Part shown: positions 37,064 to 60,865 of the stretch, piece after piece | Layout of the letters: the number at the start of each line of letters is the position of its first letter | Numbering within the stretch: position 1 is the stretch's first letter | Origin: Lama guanicoe | Taxonomy: Eukaryota | Assembly: GCA_013239625.1 (NCBI GenBank) | Contig: MU054338.1 | Coordinates: 2,916,977-2,980,976 of the forward strand | Direction: 5' to 3' | Length of the DNA stretch: 64,000 nucleotides | Program-made: the position numbers and the translations under genes | The notes under the pieces: model-generated | Seen by the model: the letters and a program-made list of their open reading frames with translations, nothing else | The model's database searches: none | Told to the model about the DNA's origin: nothing

Positions 37064-39088
37064 TCAAGGGGACCTGGCCACTGCCAAGAGCATCTGGCCC
37101 TTCAAGGCTCTAGGGCCAGCGCAGCGTGTGTCATTCCGGGAGAACATCTTGTCTTCATTGGCCACAAGCCACTGGTAGAGGTCGTCCAGTTTCCGGTCGC
37201 AGATCCAGGGGTTACCGGAGATGTCAAAACCGTCCTTCATGTTCCCGGCGGCCTTTCCCAAGGATGTCCAGAGCCCCTCGGGCACAGTGGTCAGCAAGTT
37301 GTTGGAGAGGTCCAGCATGTCCAGCCTCTGCAGACCTCGGAAGGCACCGGCTGCCACTGTGGCCAGCCTGTTGTCGCTCAGGAAAAGGTAGCGCAGTTTT
37401 GGTTGGGGCTCCAGAAGTTCCTCTCCAAGCACCTGCAATCTATTGCCCTCCAGGTGAAGCCGTTCCAACTTCAAGGGGCCCCTCAGAAGATCAGGGGGCA
37501 AAGTCTTCAGGTGGTTATTGCCTAGGTCAAGGGTGTGCAAGTCGGTGAAGTTGGCCAGCAGCCCAGGGGGCAGCATCTGGAGCTCATTTCCCGACAGGTC
37601 CAGATGCCCCAGGGCTTTCAGGCCATGCAGCCACGAGGCCTCCAGGCCTTTCAGCCGGTTTTCCTTCAGCACCAAGGTGTGGAGGGCAGCCGAGACCTGG
37701 AAGAGGCCGGTGGGCAGCCGGGTCAGGGCATTGCGGGTTAGGTCCAGCACCTTTAGCTGAGGCACAGGCAGCAAGAACTTGGCAGAGAGGTCCTCCAGCT
37801 GGTTGCTGGAAAGGTGCAGTTCCTGCAGGTTAGGGACATCCTGGAGGGTGTTGGCAGGCAGCTGAGTCAGGTTCAAGAACTCCATGGCCAGGTAGATGGT
37901 GTCAGCTGGGAGGGAGTGGGGGAGTTTGGCAGGTGGGTGGCAGGAGACAGAGCTGCCATTGCTTGACTGGGATACCAGGCAGGCATCAGGATTCGGATTT
38001 GGGGTGACCCCCTGGGCTGAGGTCACAAAGAGCAGTAGCAGGAAGAGGATTCTAGAAAGATGGGGGTCCCAGCCGGCTGGGCTGCAGGCAATGACAGAAA
38101 GTGCTTAATAAGTCAAAATAAAGATGTACATCCAGGTGGAAATATACCTGCTTGCTTCTTCCTGTCTCTATTTCTACCACTCTGGACCATGCCACCTCGT
38201 TGCTGGGCTGGCCTAGTGCAGTAACTTCCTCTTCCTCTCCTTGCATCCACCCTTGCCCCCTACAAAGCCAGAAATAGCTCCTGTCCTAGGAATAATTCTA
38301 TTTCTATGAAATCTGAGTTTCTTAGTCTGACTCCTAAATGCTACCCTTCCCCATTGCCAGCCCAGCCCCAAATGGCCTATTAATTACTCACTAATTTATT
38401 CTGCTCTCACTTGTTTCCTGGGTCATTTCTTTTCTCCCTGGCTCCATGTTTTGAAGGCAAAGCCCAAGAGCTCTTACTCATCCTGCAAAGCCCCAGCTCC
38501 AATGCCCTACTTTCCACAAAGCTTTCTCTGAACTTCTCAAGCAGAACTCTCAGTTTCCCCCTCTGGGCTCCTTCTCTTTTTGTCCAGCCCTGACCAAACC
38601 AGGTTAGGTTACATGTGTCTGGCCCCATCTTATTCCAAAGTGCTAGGGTGCAACCCAGGACTCCAGGTACAAACAGGACTCTAAGCATGAAAAGTGCATC
38701 CTCCTTTGCACAGGGCTGGCATTTGGCTTTGGGAGAGGGTGACTTACAGTTGGCACTGTAACCCTTGGAGGGTTGGGGCTTCTGCTCCTTCTGGTGCCTC
38801 CAGCAGTGATGTCCTAGCCAGTAGCACCAGAAACCACCCAAACATCCTTGGTGGCTGTAGCCCGTGGACCACCTGGGGCTTCTGCAGTGAGCGTGTGTAT
38901 GGGAGTGAATCTGTCCAGTTTGAGCCTGGGTGTCAGTCTGTTCCAGTCTGCAGGCCTATGTCTGGCTCTGCGACTTCAGTGGGACAGGAGGACTACTATC
39001 CATCTCTGTACCATCTGGTGTCCAGGCCTGCCCAGGATGGTGGGGTGAGGACCTACCTCTGTTTTCCCTCCAGGCTCCAAGAGGACAT
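37064..39088 (-). CDS. LRG1: Leucine-rich alpha-2-glycoprotein 1, about 349 aa
   Basis: Exon 1 CDS 39088-39057 ([10 protein letters not shown]). Exon 2 38081-37064 encodes the signal peptide ([15 protein letters not shown]), LRRs ([19 protein letters not shown]) and LRRCT (GNPWICD...TRCAGP). Confidence 0.97.
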
Positions 39089-39138
39089 GGCGGCCTTTCT
39101 CTTTTCCATCCAGGTTCCCTTGGTCTGGCAAGGTGGCC

Positions 39139-39260
39139 TTATAACTGCCTGGGCTGGGGGCAGGGGCACCAACCATAGGGAAGTCCCTACCCACGTCCTG
39201 TGCCTGTTAGGGGCTGGACCTAAGCCAGGCAGGGGAAAGGGAGGAGTCAGGATTGCAAAA
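39139..39260 (-). promoter_or_regulatory. LRG1 proximal promoter: TATAA (39139-39144), NF-kB site GGGAAGTCCC (39178-39187), C/EBP-like ATTGCAAAA (39252-39260)
   Basis: Motif matches 50-170 nt upstream of the ATG, fitting an acute-phase gene. Confidence 0.55.
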
Positions 39261-40199
39261 TTGCTTCCTGGCCGGGAGAGGAGAGGAGGAGGGCTGCCCA
39301 CTGCCTTCCCTTCAGTCCCCACCCCCTCCCCACCCCCCTATTCCCCCAACCTAGGAATCAAGGGTCAAGTTTGCAAGGCCCCAGTCTTGGGGGATGGGGA
39401 CAGCTCTTTGAGCAAGAGATACTATTTACAAAAAAATTTGAGCCACCAGGAAGCTCAGTGAAGAGAACAAAAAAACACTTGTCTTAAATTCATGACATAT
39501 TGTTATTGGGTTTTTTAAATAAAATAATTTTTTAAAAATAGAATTTAAAATTGATGCCAAAAGTCTCTACTGTCTTTGAACAACAGTCTAAAAGGAACTA
39601 AATCTGGTTCTTACCTTGTTCCGAATCCCAGCTCTGCTGTGCCTGCTTTGCTTTGTGAGCTTGGGCAAGCGGCTTAACTTTTCTTGGCCTCAGTTTCTCC
39701 ATCTGTGAAGTTGACCTCCTTCTCCGAGGGCCCCTTCTGACCTTTCTTCAACTTAAGTGCTATTTGTTTTGGATCTTTCTCACTTCCTAATAAATGTATT
39801 TGGAGGCTACACATTTCCCTTTGGAAGCTGCTTTGACCGTATCTCACAGGCTTGGTTATTCAGTTATTCAGTGCTTTAATTCTTGCTGAGTTTCTAAACA
39901 TCCAGGTGTGATGTATCATCTTTATCTGCATGTCTGGCCATGGCCTCTTTTCAAACCCAGCCCAATTTCTGAAGGATTTTGTCCCTATTCAGTTCTGTCT
40001 TAGTGGACACATAAGCTGAAAGGGTAACAGGCAGGCTGGCATAGGAAGGCACATACAAAGACAGCCAGACAACCACCTACATGAATACCCAGACACAGGC
40101 AGGGACACAGAGATGGGGGAAATACACAGAACCAGAGACACAGGCAGAGCAGGACACACAGGAGAGAACAGCAGGTCTGCAGAGATGGAAAAAAGACAC

Positions 40200-41305
40200 A
40201 CACGAGAAGGCAAAGGACCTGAATAGACGTTTTTCCAAAGACATACCGATGGCCAGCAGGTACACGCAAAGGCGCTCAACTCACTCCTCCTCAGGAGAAT
40301 GCAAATCAAAACCAGTGAGACGTCACCCACTCCTGACGGAACGGCTTCACCAAAAAGAGGAGATAACAAGTGCTGGTGAGGATGTGGAGAAGGGGAACCC
40401 TTCGGCACTGTGGGTGGGAATGTAGGTTGGTACGGCTGCTATGGAAAACAGTAGGGGAGTTTCCTCAAAAAATAAAAAATAGAACTATCCTATGATCCAG
40501 TAATTCCACGTCTGGGTATGTATGGAAAGGAAATTAAATCAGGGTCTTGAAGAGATATCTGTTGTGGGGTGGGGTATAGCCCAGTGGTAGGGCACGTGCT
40601 TAGCATGCATGAGGTCCTGGGTTCAACCCCCAGTACCTCCATTTAAAAAAAAGACATTAAGAAAAAAAAGAAGAAGAAGAGGTATCTGCACTCCCATGTT
40701 CATTACAGCATTACTTACATCAGCCAAGACATGGAAACAGCCTAAGTGTCCATCAACAGACGAGTGGATAAAGATGTGATACATATATATATATGTATAT
40801 ATATGGTGGAATATTATTCAATTATAACAAGCAAATCCTGACATTTGTGACAACATGGATGAAATGAGGGCATTATTCTAAGTGAAATAAGCAGAGAAAG
40901 ACAAAGGCTGAGTGATCTCAATTATAGAAGATAACCAAATTCATAGAAACCAAGAGTAGAATGGTGGTTGTCAGGGACTTGGGGGGAGGGGAAGATAGGG
41001 AGACGCTGGTCAAAGGGTACAAATTCCCAGCTATAAGATGAATAAATCCTGGGGATGTAATGTACAACGTGGGATTACTGTTAACAATACTGTGTCATAT
41101 ACTTGAAAGTTGCTAAGAGATTAGATCTTAAACATTCTTAACACACATACACATACAGTAACTATGTGGGGTAATGGAGGTGTTAACCTTATTGTGGTGA
41201 TAATCTTACAATACATATCAAATATATCAAATCATCAAGATGTACACCAGAAACCTATACAGTGTTATATGTCAAATATATCTCAGTCAAGCTGAAAAAA
41301 ACAAG
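40200..41305 (+). mobile_element. L1 3' fragment (ORF2 end plus 3'UTR) interrupted by a SINE
   Basis: gcaaaggacctgaatagacgtttttccaaagaca...gatgtggagaagggaaccc...acttgaaagttgctaagagattagatcttaa. Confidence 0.85.
40566..40675 (+). mobile_element. tRNA-derived camelid SINE (vic-1-like) nested in L1
   Basis: ggggtatagcccagtggtagggcacgtgcttagcatgcatgaggtcctgggttcaacccccagtacc, A-rich tail; TSD gaagagatatctg / gaagaggtatctg. Confidence 0.85.
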
Positions 41306-41574
41306 ACATGTTCAGGAGGAGCTGCTAATTGCTGTCACGTTGTTTTGTGTTTCTTTGTTTAAATCAGTCTCCTCATGATAATGGGAGAGGGGGTCCATCT
41401 TGTTCATTGCTCAGTCCCCAGAGCCCAGCGCACAAGAGGTGCTTTATCGACATGGGCTAGAAGGAAGCCTTGTGAGCTGTAATGACATAGTGCTAACATG
41501 AGCTCTTAAAATGAAATCAGATCATGTCCCCCGCTTAAATCTCTCTGATGGCTTCCGGTCCCACTTAAAGTTCA

Positions 41575-41772
41575 TAAGGCTGGAGGAGGGGGATGGGGAA
41601 TCAGTGTTTCAAGGGGACAGAGTTTCAGTTTGGGAAGACGGAAAAATTCTGGAGATGGATGTCGGGGATGATGGTACAACAATGTGAATGTGCTTAACGT
41701 CACTGAACAGTACACTTAAGAATGGTTCAAGTGGTAAATCTTATCTTTTCTGTTATTTACAATTAAAAAAAT
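41575..41772 (+). mobile_element. L1 3'-end fragment
   Basis: ggggacagagtttcagtttgggaagac...aatgtgaatgtgcttaacgtcactgaac. Confidence 0.7.
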
Positions 41773-42428
41773 AGTACTCCTCACCTGAGAGGCCCTGCCT
41801 GCCTGGGGCCCTGGACTCCCCTCTTACCCACGCTGCTCCAGCCACACTAACCGCCTTGGCCCTCCTCCAACCTTGTTCCCACCACAGGGCCTTTGCACTG
41901 GTTGTCGCCGCTGCATGGAACACTCTCTCTGCACATCTCCCCCCAACTGCTTCTACCAGCCCATCCCACCTTAGCTTAAATGTCACCTTCTTTGGCAGGC
42001 CTTCTTCAACCCCACCCCCATCCCAACATACAGTCACCCCTACCTAGCACGTTATCTGTTTTTTTTTCTTCATTACACATACTACTAATTCAAGTCAGGT
42101 CCTGATTTGCTTGTATGTGGTCAGTCTCCCCCACTAGGCCGTGAACTCCATCAGGACAGGGGTCTTTGTCCCCACAGTGTCTGGCACATAGTAGGTGCAG
42201 AGTAAATATTTGCTGAACTACCAGACACTGGCCCCCATTTTGATGAAGTTGGGGACCCCTAAAACTCTCCCACTTCCACATCCAGCTCCCCAAAATCCTG
42301 TCGCTGCTGTGACCTTGCCATGACTCTCATGGGGGCTCCCAACTGCCCCAGGCCACGCCGCTGTCCAAGTCCCACCTCCAGGAGACAGAGCAGACCCAGA
42401 GCCTTGGGGGCCGGTGGTTGTAAACAGT

Positions 42429-42434
42429 TTTATT
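42429..42434 (-). terminator. SEMA6B poly(A) signal AATAAA
   Basis: tttatt on +, about 930 nt past the SEMA6B stop. Confidence 0.65.
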
Positions 42435-43359
42435 GATGGGGGAGTGGGGGGCAAACTCCAGAGAGGGTCCAGGACTCAGCTGGCCACTCAGCTGGCATGC
42501 ACGGTCAGCTGGAGGCCAAGGGGGAGGTCACAGGGGACGGGTGGCATGGGACCCTCTGACCACCCTGGGGCCATATTTACAGGGGGACCCGCCCACCTTT
42601 GCCGTCCCCTAGACCCCCGAGCCCTTAGACAGCTGCCAATATGACTTCTGGGCAGGCCTTCCCAACCCCCTGCCTGGAACCCTCTCCTCATCTCCCCTCA
42701 AACTCCTAACCGGCACCTTGGAGGCCCCCCGGCCTTCTGGAAGCCCCGGCGTTGGCTCAGCCAACACCCAGGCCGCTGGGGCCTCCGCTCACACACAGAC
42801 ACGCACACTGCACGTGGTCGCCCCCACGCACACGCGGCAGCAGCCCTCGGGCACACACGCACGCCTCCCTCCCCTCCCTGGCCCCTTGCACACAGACACG
42901 GCATGCACACACACACACACCCACACACGCCGGGGACCCAGGGCGAGGAGGGCCTTTGGGTGGGACGGGGAGCTTGGGTCTGCGGCCGTGCCCCCTCTTC
43001 CCACCGCCTCCAAGCCCCCGGCCGCCACCCCGAGAACGGAGTTGTGCAACTGGTTAGAAAACTGCAAAAGAAACGCAAACTGGAAAACAAACCAAAAAAA
43101 TCCACGCGCAGAAGGTCAACCTCAAATCCACAGCACATTCCTCCCGCACGCCCACCCCGGTCCGCCTCAGTGTCCTGCGGCCCCGGGGGCCGGGCGAGGG
43201 GGTGGGGGCGAGCCCGTTGTGCTTCCGTGCGGCGGAGGGCGGCCCCCGACGCGGCCGGGCTGGACGGGGTCGGGGGGAGCTGAGCACCCACTCGGAGCTG
43301 GCCCGGGCCCTCGCTCCTGGTTCCCGTGGCTGGCGCCGCCGAGGCGCGGGGGCCCCGGC

Positions 43360-54109
<10,750 letters not shown>

Positions 54110-54415
54110 TCAATTCCCAGAAAAATCCCCCACTGGGATAATAATTTAAACATAACAACAATCAGGGCAACGACAGTAACAATACCGCCACTTGTTACTT
54201 ACCAGGACAACCTCTGACCACACTAATGAAAGCTCGGGAAACGGCCTAACAAAAAATTACTACTAATGAGAATATTTAAATAATTTAACAAATGGTTTCC
54301 AATGAATAATAATAGATACATTTCAAAATATATTTAAAAATTCAATCTCAGAGCATATGCTAAGGATTACTAGCATTAAAACACAAAGATCTTGAGAGGC
54401 TCAAAAAAAATTCAA

Positions 54416-54540
54416 GGGGGAGAGGGCCTAGCTCAGCGGTGGAGCCTGTGTTAGCAGGCACGCGGTCCTGGGTTCAACCCCCAAGGCCTCTATTACTAAA
54501 TAAATACAAATAAATAAACCTAATTCCCTCCCCCCAAACA
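54416..54540 (+). mobile_element. tRNA-derived camelid SINE (vic-1-like)
   Basis: ggcctagctcagcggtggagcctgtgttagcaggcacgcggtcctgggttcaaccccc...taaataaacctaattccctcccccc. Confidence 0.8.
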
Positions 54541-55419
54541 CTTTTTAAAAAAAATTTAAAGGCTCTTGGAATTTTGTAAACCACAATCTGGGAACAGCAA
54601 TAATTTAGAATCACAGAATATTCCAGCTGGCCAGGAACTTCAGAGGCCCGGTAAGTCCGACTTCCTTCCTGGGTCCAGCCTTCCTGCCCTCTGCTCACAT
54701 ACCTCTGTGACAGGAGCCTCACTGCCTCTCTGGAGGCCTGTACCCCACTCTCAATCAAGAGAATTTGAAGAACCTTCCAGGTGTGCAGAGCAGAGACACC
54801 ACCCCCACCCCTGCCCCAACCCTACACCCCCAGCGATGATCTGGTTGGTGGAAGTGTGAGCAGAACTCACCCTCTGGAACCCAGCCCTCCACACCCTTTC
54901 CAGAAAGGGTGCAGTCCAGAGGCCCCAGTAAGAAACCCGCAGCCTCGTCCTTCTGGGAAGTCCTGGGCGAACCCCATGCCTCAGTTTCCCTGTTTGAGCA
55001 GCAGGGACATCTCCAAGCCCTGCGCAGGCCTTGAGGCTCAGGGATTCCGAACCGGGGGAGGTGGACGTGAGGTGGGAACTCTGGCCCTGGAGGATTCAGG
55101 GCCAAAAAACAGGAAGGCCTTGCGTGGACCAGCAGAGTTTCCTCTCCATGACCCTGAGCTTCCGGGATTTGTGACTCAGCGGACGCTTGCGTCCCGTGTG
55201 CGTGGACCTGGCTCTACTTCCTTATGAGTTTCCTTCCCCGGCTCCTCCCCTGCTCCGCATCCGCTCATGGCTCCTGGTGACCCCACATCCCGGCCCCAGA
55301 CTCTGCCTGCCCCTCGAATCCCCCAACTCGACTGCCAGCCCCGCTGCTGCCAACTCTGCCCTGCACAGTTCATCTCCACAACACCTGCTGGGCACCCCAC
55401 CTCCAACTGCCCTGAGCCT

Positions 55420-58400
55420 TTTTTTTTTAACTTTTTTTTTTACATTGAAGTAACATGTATATAACATAAAATTTGCCATCATAACCATTTTTAAGTGCTC
55501 GGTTCAATGGCACTTTCTCATCTTCTCAAACTGAAACTCCGTCCCGTTAAACACTCACTCCCCATCCCCTCCCCAGCCCCTGGCCCCACCGTCTACTTCC
55601 TGTCTCTGTGGATTTGACTCCTCTCCATTCTCCTGTGAGTGGGATCAGACAGCATTTGTCCTTCTGTGTCTGGCTTATTTCACTGAGCATCGTGTCTTCA
55701 AGCTCCATCCATGCTGTGGTGTGTGGTCAGAATTCCTTTACTTTTTTTTTTAACTTTTTTTTTTTGTTGAGTTATAGTCATTTTACAATGTTGTGTCAAA
55801 TTCCAGAGTTTTACCTCTTCTTTTCCAGTTTGGATCCCTTTTATTTCTCTCTCTTGCCTGATTGCTGTGCTAGGACTTCCAGGACTATGTCGAATAGGAG
55901 TGGTGATAGTGGGCAGCCTTCTCCCAGATTTTAGTGGCAAGCTTTTGAGTTTTTCACCATTGAGCACTATGCTGGCTGTAGGTTTGTCATATATAGCTTT
56001 TATTATGTTGAGATATGTTCCCTCTATACCCACTTTGGTGAGAGTTTTTATCATAAACGGGTGTTGAATTTTATCAGATGCTTTTTCTGCATCTATTGAG
56101 ATGATCATGTGGTTTCTGTCCTTTCTCTTGTTGATGTGATGTACTACATTGATTGATTTGCGTATGTTGAACCACCCTTGTGTCCCTGGGAAGAACCCCA
56201 CTTGATCATGATGTATAATCTTTTTTATGTGCTGTTGGATGCTATTTGCTAGTATTTTGGTAAAGATCTTTGCATCTATATTCATCAGTGATATTGGTCC
56301 GTAATTCTCTTTTTTGGTGATGTCTTTGCCTGGTTTTGGTGTCAGGGTGATTGTGGCTTCATAGAATGAGTTTGGGAGTATTCCCTCCTTTTCAAACTTC
56401 TGGAAGAGTTTGAGAAGGACTGGTATGAGTTCTTTTTTGTATGTTTGGTAGAATTCCCCGGTGAAGCCGTCCAGTCCTGGACATATTTGTAGGTTTTTAT
56501 TGATAATTCAATTTCATTTCTAGTGATCGGTTTGTTCAAGTGGTCAGTTTCTTCTTGGTTCAGTCTTGGTGTACTGTATGTTTCCAGAAACTTGTCCATC
56601 TCCTCTCCTCTAGGACAGCATTTTTGAGATGTATGCCAGATAATGTTTTGCCTATATTTTCTTTTAGGAGGTTTATTGTATCTTGTCTTATGTTTAAGTC
56701 TTTGATCCATTTTGAGTTTATTTTTGTGTATGGTGTAAGGGAGTGTTCTAGCTTCATTGTTTTACATGCTGCTGTCCAGTTTTCCCAACACCATTTGCTG
56801 AAGAGACTGTCTTTATTTCCATTGTATATTCTTGCCTCCTTTGTCAAAGATTAGTTGACCAAAAGTTTGTGGGTTCATTTCTGGGCTCTCTATTCTGTTC
56901 CATTGGTCCATATGTCTGTTTTTGTACCAATACCATGTTGTTTTGATTCCTGTAGCTCTACAGAATTGTCTGAAGTCTGGGAAAGTTATTCCTTCAGCCT
57001 CTTTCTTTTTCTTCAGTAATGCTTTGGCAATTCTAGGTCTTTTGTGGTTCCATATAAATTTTATTATGATTTGTTGTAGTTCTGTGAAGTATGTCCTGGG
57101 TAATTTGATAGGGGTTGCATTAAATCTGTAGATTGCCTTGGGCAGTGTGACCATTTTAACAATATTGATTCTTCCAATCCAGGAGCATGGGCTATCTTTC
57201 CATTTTTTTAAGTCTTCTTTAATTTCCTTAATCAGTGTTTTATAGTTTTCCATGTATAATTCTTTCATGTCCTTGGTTAGATTTATTCCTAGGTATTTTA
57301 TTAATTTGGGTGCTATTTTAAAGGGAATTGTTTCCTTACTTTCTTTTTCTGTTGATTCATCATTAGTGTAAAGAAATGCAAATGATTTTTGAACGTTAAT
57401 CTTGTAACCTGCTACCTTGCTGAATTCTTTGATCAGCTCTAGTAGTTTTTGTGTGGACCTTTTAGGGTTTTCTATATATAGTACCATGTCTTCGGCATAT
57501 AGTGACAGTTTTACCTCTTCTTTTCCAGTTTGGATCCCTTTTATTTCTCTCTCTTGCCTGATTGCTGTGCTAGGACTTCCAGGACTATGTCGAATAGGAG
57601 TGGTGATAGTGGGCAGCCTTCTCCCAGATTTTAGTGGCAAGCTTTTGAGTTTTTCACCATTGAGCACTATGCTGGCTGTAGGTTTGTCATATATAGCTTT
57701 TATTATGTTGAGGTATGTTCCCTCTATACCCACTTTGGTGAGAGTTTTTATCATAAACGGGTGTTGAATTTTATCAGATGCTTTTTCTGCATCTATTGAG
57801 ATGATCATGTGGTTTCTGTCCTTTCTCTTGTTGATGTGATGTACTACATTGATTGATTTGCGTATGTTGAACCACCCTTGTGTCCCTGGGAAGAACCCCA
57901 CTTGATCATGATGTATAATCTTTTTTATGTGCTGTTGGATGCTATTTGCTAGTATTTTGGTAAAGATCTTTGCATCTATATTCATCAGTGATATTGGTCC
58001 GTAATTCTCTTTTTTGGTGATGTCTTTGCCTGGTTTTGGTGTCAGGGTGATTGTGGCTTCATAGAATGAGTTTGGGAATATTCCTTCTTTTCAATCTTCT
58101 GGAAGAGTTTGAGAAGGACTGGTATGAGTACTTCTTTTTATGTGTGGTAGAATTCCCTGGTGAAGCTGTCCACTTCTGGACTTTTATTTGTAGGGATTTT
58201 TTTTATTTATTGATAATTCAATTTCATTTCTAGTGATCGGTTTGTTCAAGTGGTCAGTTTCTTCTTGGTTCAGTCTTGGTGTACTGTATGTTTCCAGAAA
58301 CTTGTCCATCTCCTCTAGGTTATCCAGTTTGGTTCCATATAGTTTTCCATAATATTCTTGTATGATATTTTGTATTTCTGTGTTATTTGTTGTAATTTGT

Positions 58401-59630
58401 CCATCTCTCTTTCTTATTTTGCTTATTTGTGCTCTCTCTTTTTTCTTCTTTGTGAGTTTGGCCAGAGGTTTGTCGATTTTATTTACTCTTTCAAAATACC
58501 AGCTTTTGACTTGATTGATTTTTTTCTAATTTTTTTTAATCTCTATTTTATTTATTTCCTCCCTGATCTTTATAACTTCCTTCCTTCTGCTGCCTTTTGG
58601 GGCTTTTTCTTCTTCTTTTTCTAATTCATTCAGCTGCTGGGTTAGATTGTTTATTTGAGATGGTTCTTTTTTGAGGAAGGCCTGTATCGCTATAAACTTC
58701 CCTCTTAGCACTACTGCCTTTGCTGCGTCCCATAAACTTTGTGTGGTTGTGCTTTCGTTGTCATTTGTCTCAAGGTATTTTTTAATTTCAGCTTTGATTT
58801 CCTCATTGACCCATTGTTTTTTTAATAACATATTGTTTAATCTCCATGCTTTCCTTTTTTTCTCCTTTGTTTCTCTGTAGTTGATTTCAAGTTTCATGGC
58901 ATTGTGGTCAGTAGAGATGCTTGAGATAATTTCTATCTTCTTAAAATTGTTGAGGCTTCTTTTGTGCCCAAGTACATGATCAATCCTAGAAAATGTTTCA
59001 TGTGCACTTGAAAAGAATGTATATCCTATTTTGGGGGGGTGTAATACTCTGAAAATATCCACCAAATCTAATTTTTCTATTGTATCATTTAATTTCTCTG
59101 TTGCCTTATTTATTTTCTGTCTGGAAGATCTGTCTAGTGATGTTAATGTGGTGTTAAAATCTCCGACAATGATTGTATTCCTATCAAGTTCCCCCTTTAT
59201 CTCTGTCAGTAGTTGTTTTATATACTTAGGTGCTCCTAGAATTCCTTTACTTTTTAAGGCTGAGGAATATTCTACTGTGTGGATGGACCACATTTTATTT
59301 ATCCATCACTTGTTGATGGACACTGGGGACACTTTTGGCTGCTGCGAAAAGCGATGAACATGACTATGCAAACATTTCTTTGACAACTTGCCCTCAGTTT
59401 TGTGGGGTACCTTGCCCTCAATTTTGTGGGGTACACATGTGGGAGTGGGGTTGCTGGATCATACAATATTTCTATGTTTAACTTTCTGAGGAACCACTAA
59501 GCCCTCTTCCACAGCGGCTGCACCATTTTCCATTCCCACCAGCAATGCCCAAGCGTTCCAGTGTCTCTTGCCAACACTTATTTTCTGATTTTTGATAGTA
59601 GCCATCCTACTGGGTGTGAGGTGGTGCTCT
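55420..59630 (-). mobile_element. Older L1M 3'-end element split by the younger L1 (pieces 55420-55728 and 59256-59630)
   Basis: The sequence is continuous across the TSD (ccatccatgctgtg...agaattcctttactttttaaggctgaggaatattc...ggaaccac...cccaccagcaatg). Confidence 0.75.
55747..59237 (-). mobile_element. Relatively young, 5'-truncated, internally rearranged L1 with an 18-bp TSD
   Basis: EN domain ([17 protein letters not shown]) 58526-59237; RT ORF 56813-57985; TSD AGAATTCCTTTACTTTTT at 55729-55746 and 59238-59255; poly(T) at the left end. Confidence 0.92.
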
Positions 59631-60644
59631 GTGCCTTTTATCCCATGTTTTTACTGAATAATATCTAACTTCAGAAACTTCAGACAATAGCTTTGGCCCA
59701 CACACCATGCAGCACTATGGCTGGGAGGGGTCAAGTCCCAGCCTTGCCGTTTACAGGCTGTGGACAGGTCGCTCCACCTCTCTGGGCCTCAGTTTCCTTA
59801 CCTGTAAAATGGGCAAAGTAACAGTATCGACCTCACAGGCCCGTGGCAGGTGTTGGCACGGCACGTGGCTCACTGTAGGTGCTCAGTAAATGCTAATTAT
59901 TATTCTTGTTGCCAAGGACATATTAAGTACCAGAGGCTGGGCTGGGTGGTTTGAAGGAATGGCTTCACCGAGCCCTGCAATGGCTCTAGCAGGGTTGGTG
60001 TAACATTCAGCCCATTTTGCAGATGAGGAAACTGAAGGGGGCTGACTCAGGGGCCATGGCCCCACCAGAGAGGATGCAGCAGCTGGACTGAACCCAGGGC
60101 TCTCTGGCTCCAGGATTTCGCTCCTAGGGGTTGAGCATACTAACAGTCACGACAAGACTAATAATCGCCCGTTCCCTCATCCCTCCACCCGGTGAGGCCA
60201 GCAGTGACTTAATACCCAGTTCACAGATGGGCAGACTGAGGCCCCAGCTCGGGATGGGACCTCACGGTTACTTTTTATTCCTGGTTTTTGTTAATTTTGT
60301 GATGAAGCAATTCAGGGTTAGAAGGATGTTCACTTCCTCCCTCGGTCCACAGCTGCCCCCAGTCTCAGAACCATCCTGGGACCCCTGAAACCCAAACTGG
60401 GGTTTTCTTGCCTCAAACCTGCTTCTCTTACCAAGTCCTTGACTTAGAGCCAGTCCTTATTGCCCTGGAGCCAAAGACCAGGGTGTCGGCCTACCAGTCC
60501 CTTCCTCTGCTCTGAGAGCCCCACAACCCAGCTCCCACCTCCTACCTGGTCCCCCGCCTCCAGTCCTGCCCCCTCTTGTATCCTCCTCAAGGTGGCAAAG
60601 GAATCTTTTGGGAACCCAAATCTCACCTGTTTCTGACCTTCTCT

Positions 60645-60865
60645 GAACCAAGGTCTCACCCCTTCTGCACTGCTAACATTCAGAGTCAGATCATTCTCTG
60701 GGGTGGGGCAGTCCTTGGCACTGTGGGGTGTGGAACAGCATCCCTGGCCCCCACCCACTCGATGCCAGGAGCATCCCCTAGTTGTGACCACCAGAGATGT
60801 GCCCAGACATCACCCAGTATCCCCTAGTGGGGCAAAACCACCCTCAGCCAGAACTTCTGTTCTAA
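60645..60865. mobile_element. MER20/MER3-like hAT fragment
   Basis: cttctgcactgctaacatt...ggggtggggcagtccttggcactgtgggg...ccaggagcatcccctagttgtgaccaccagagatgtgcccagacat. Confidence 0.55.

Noticed and set aside
40566..40650. tRNA-like sequences (also near 27050, 46430, 54420)
   Set aside because: They are SINE heads with A-rich tails, some with TSDs, not tRNA genes.
54860..55300. Possible SEMA6B non-coding exon 1 or promoter (AP-1-like TGACTCA near 55172)
   Set aside because: No exon boundaries could be fixed from sequence alone.
56813..57985. 390-aa reverse transcriptase ORF as a functional or novel RT
   Set aside because: L1 ORF2 fragment with a locally shifted segment and a catalytic motif degraded to YAED, in a truncated element.
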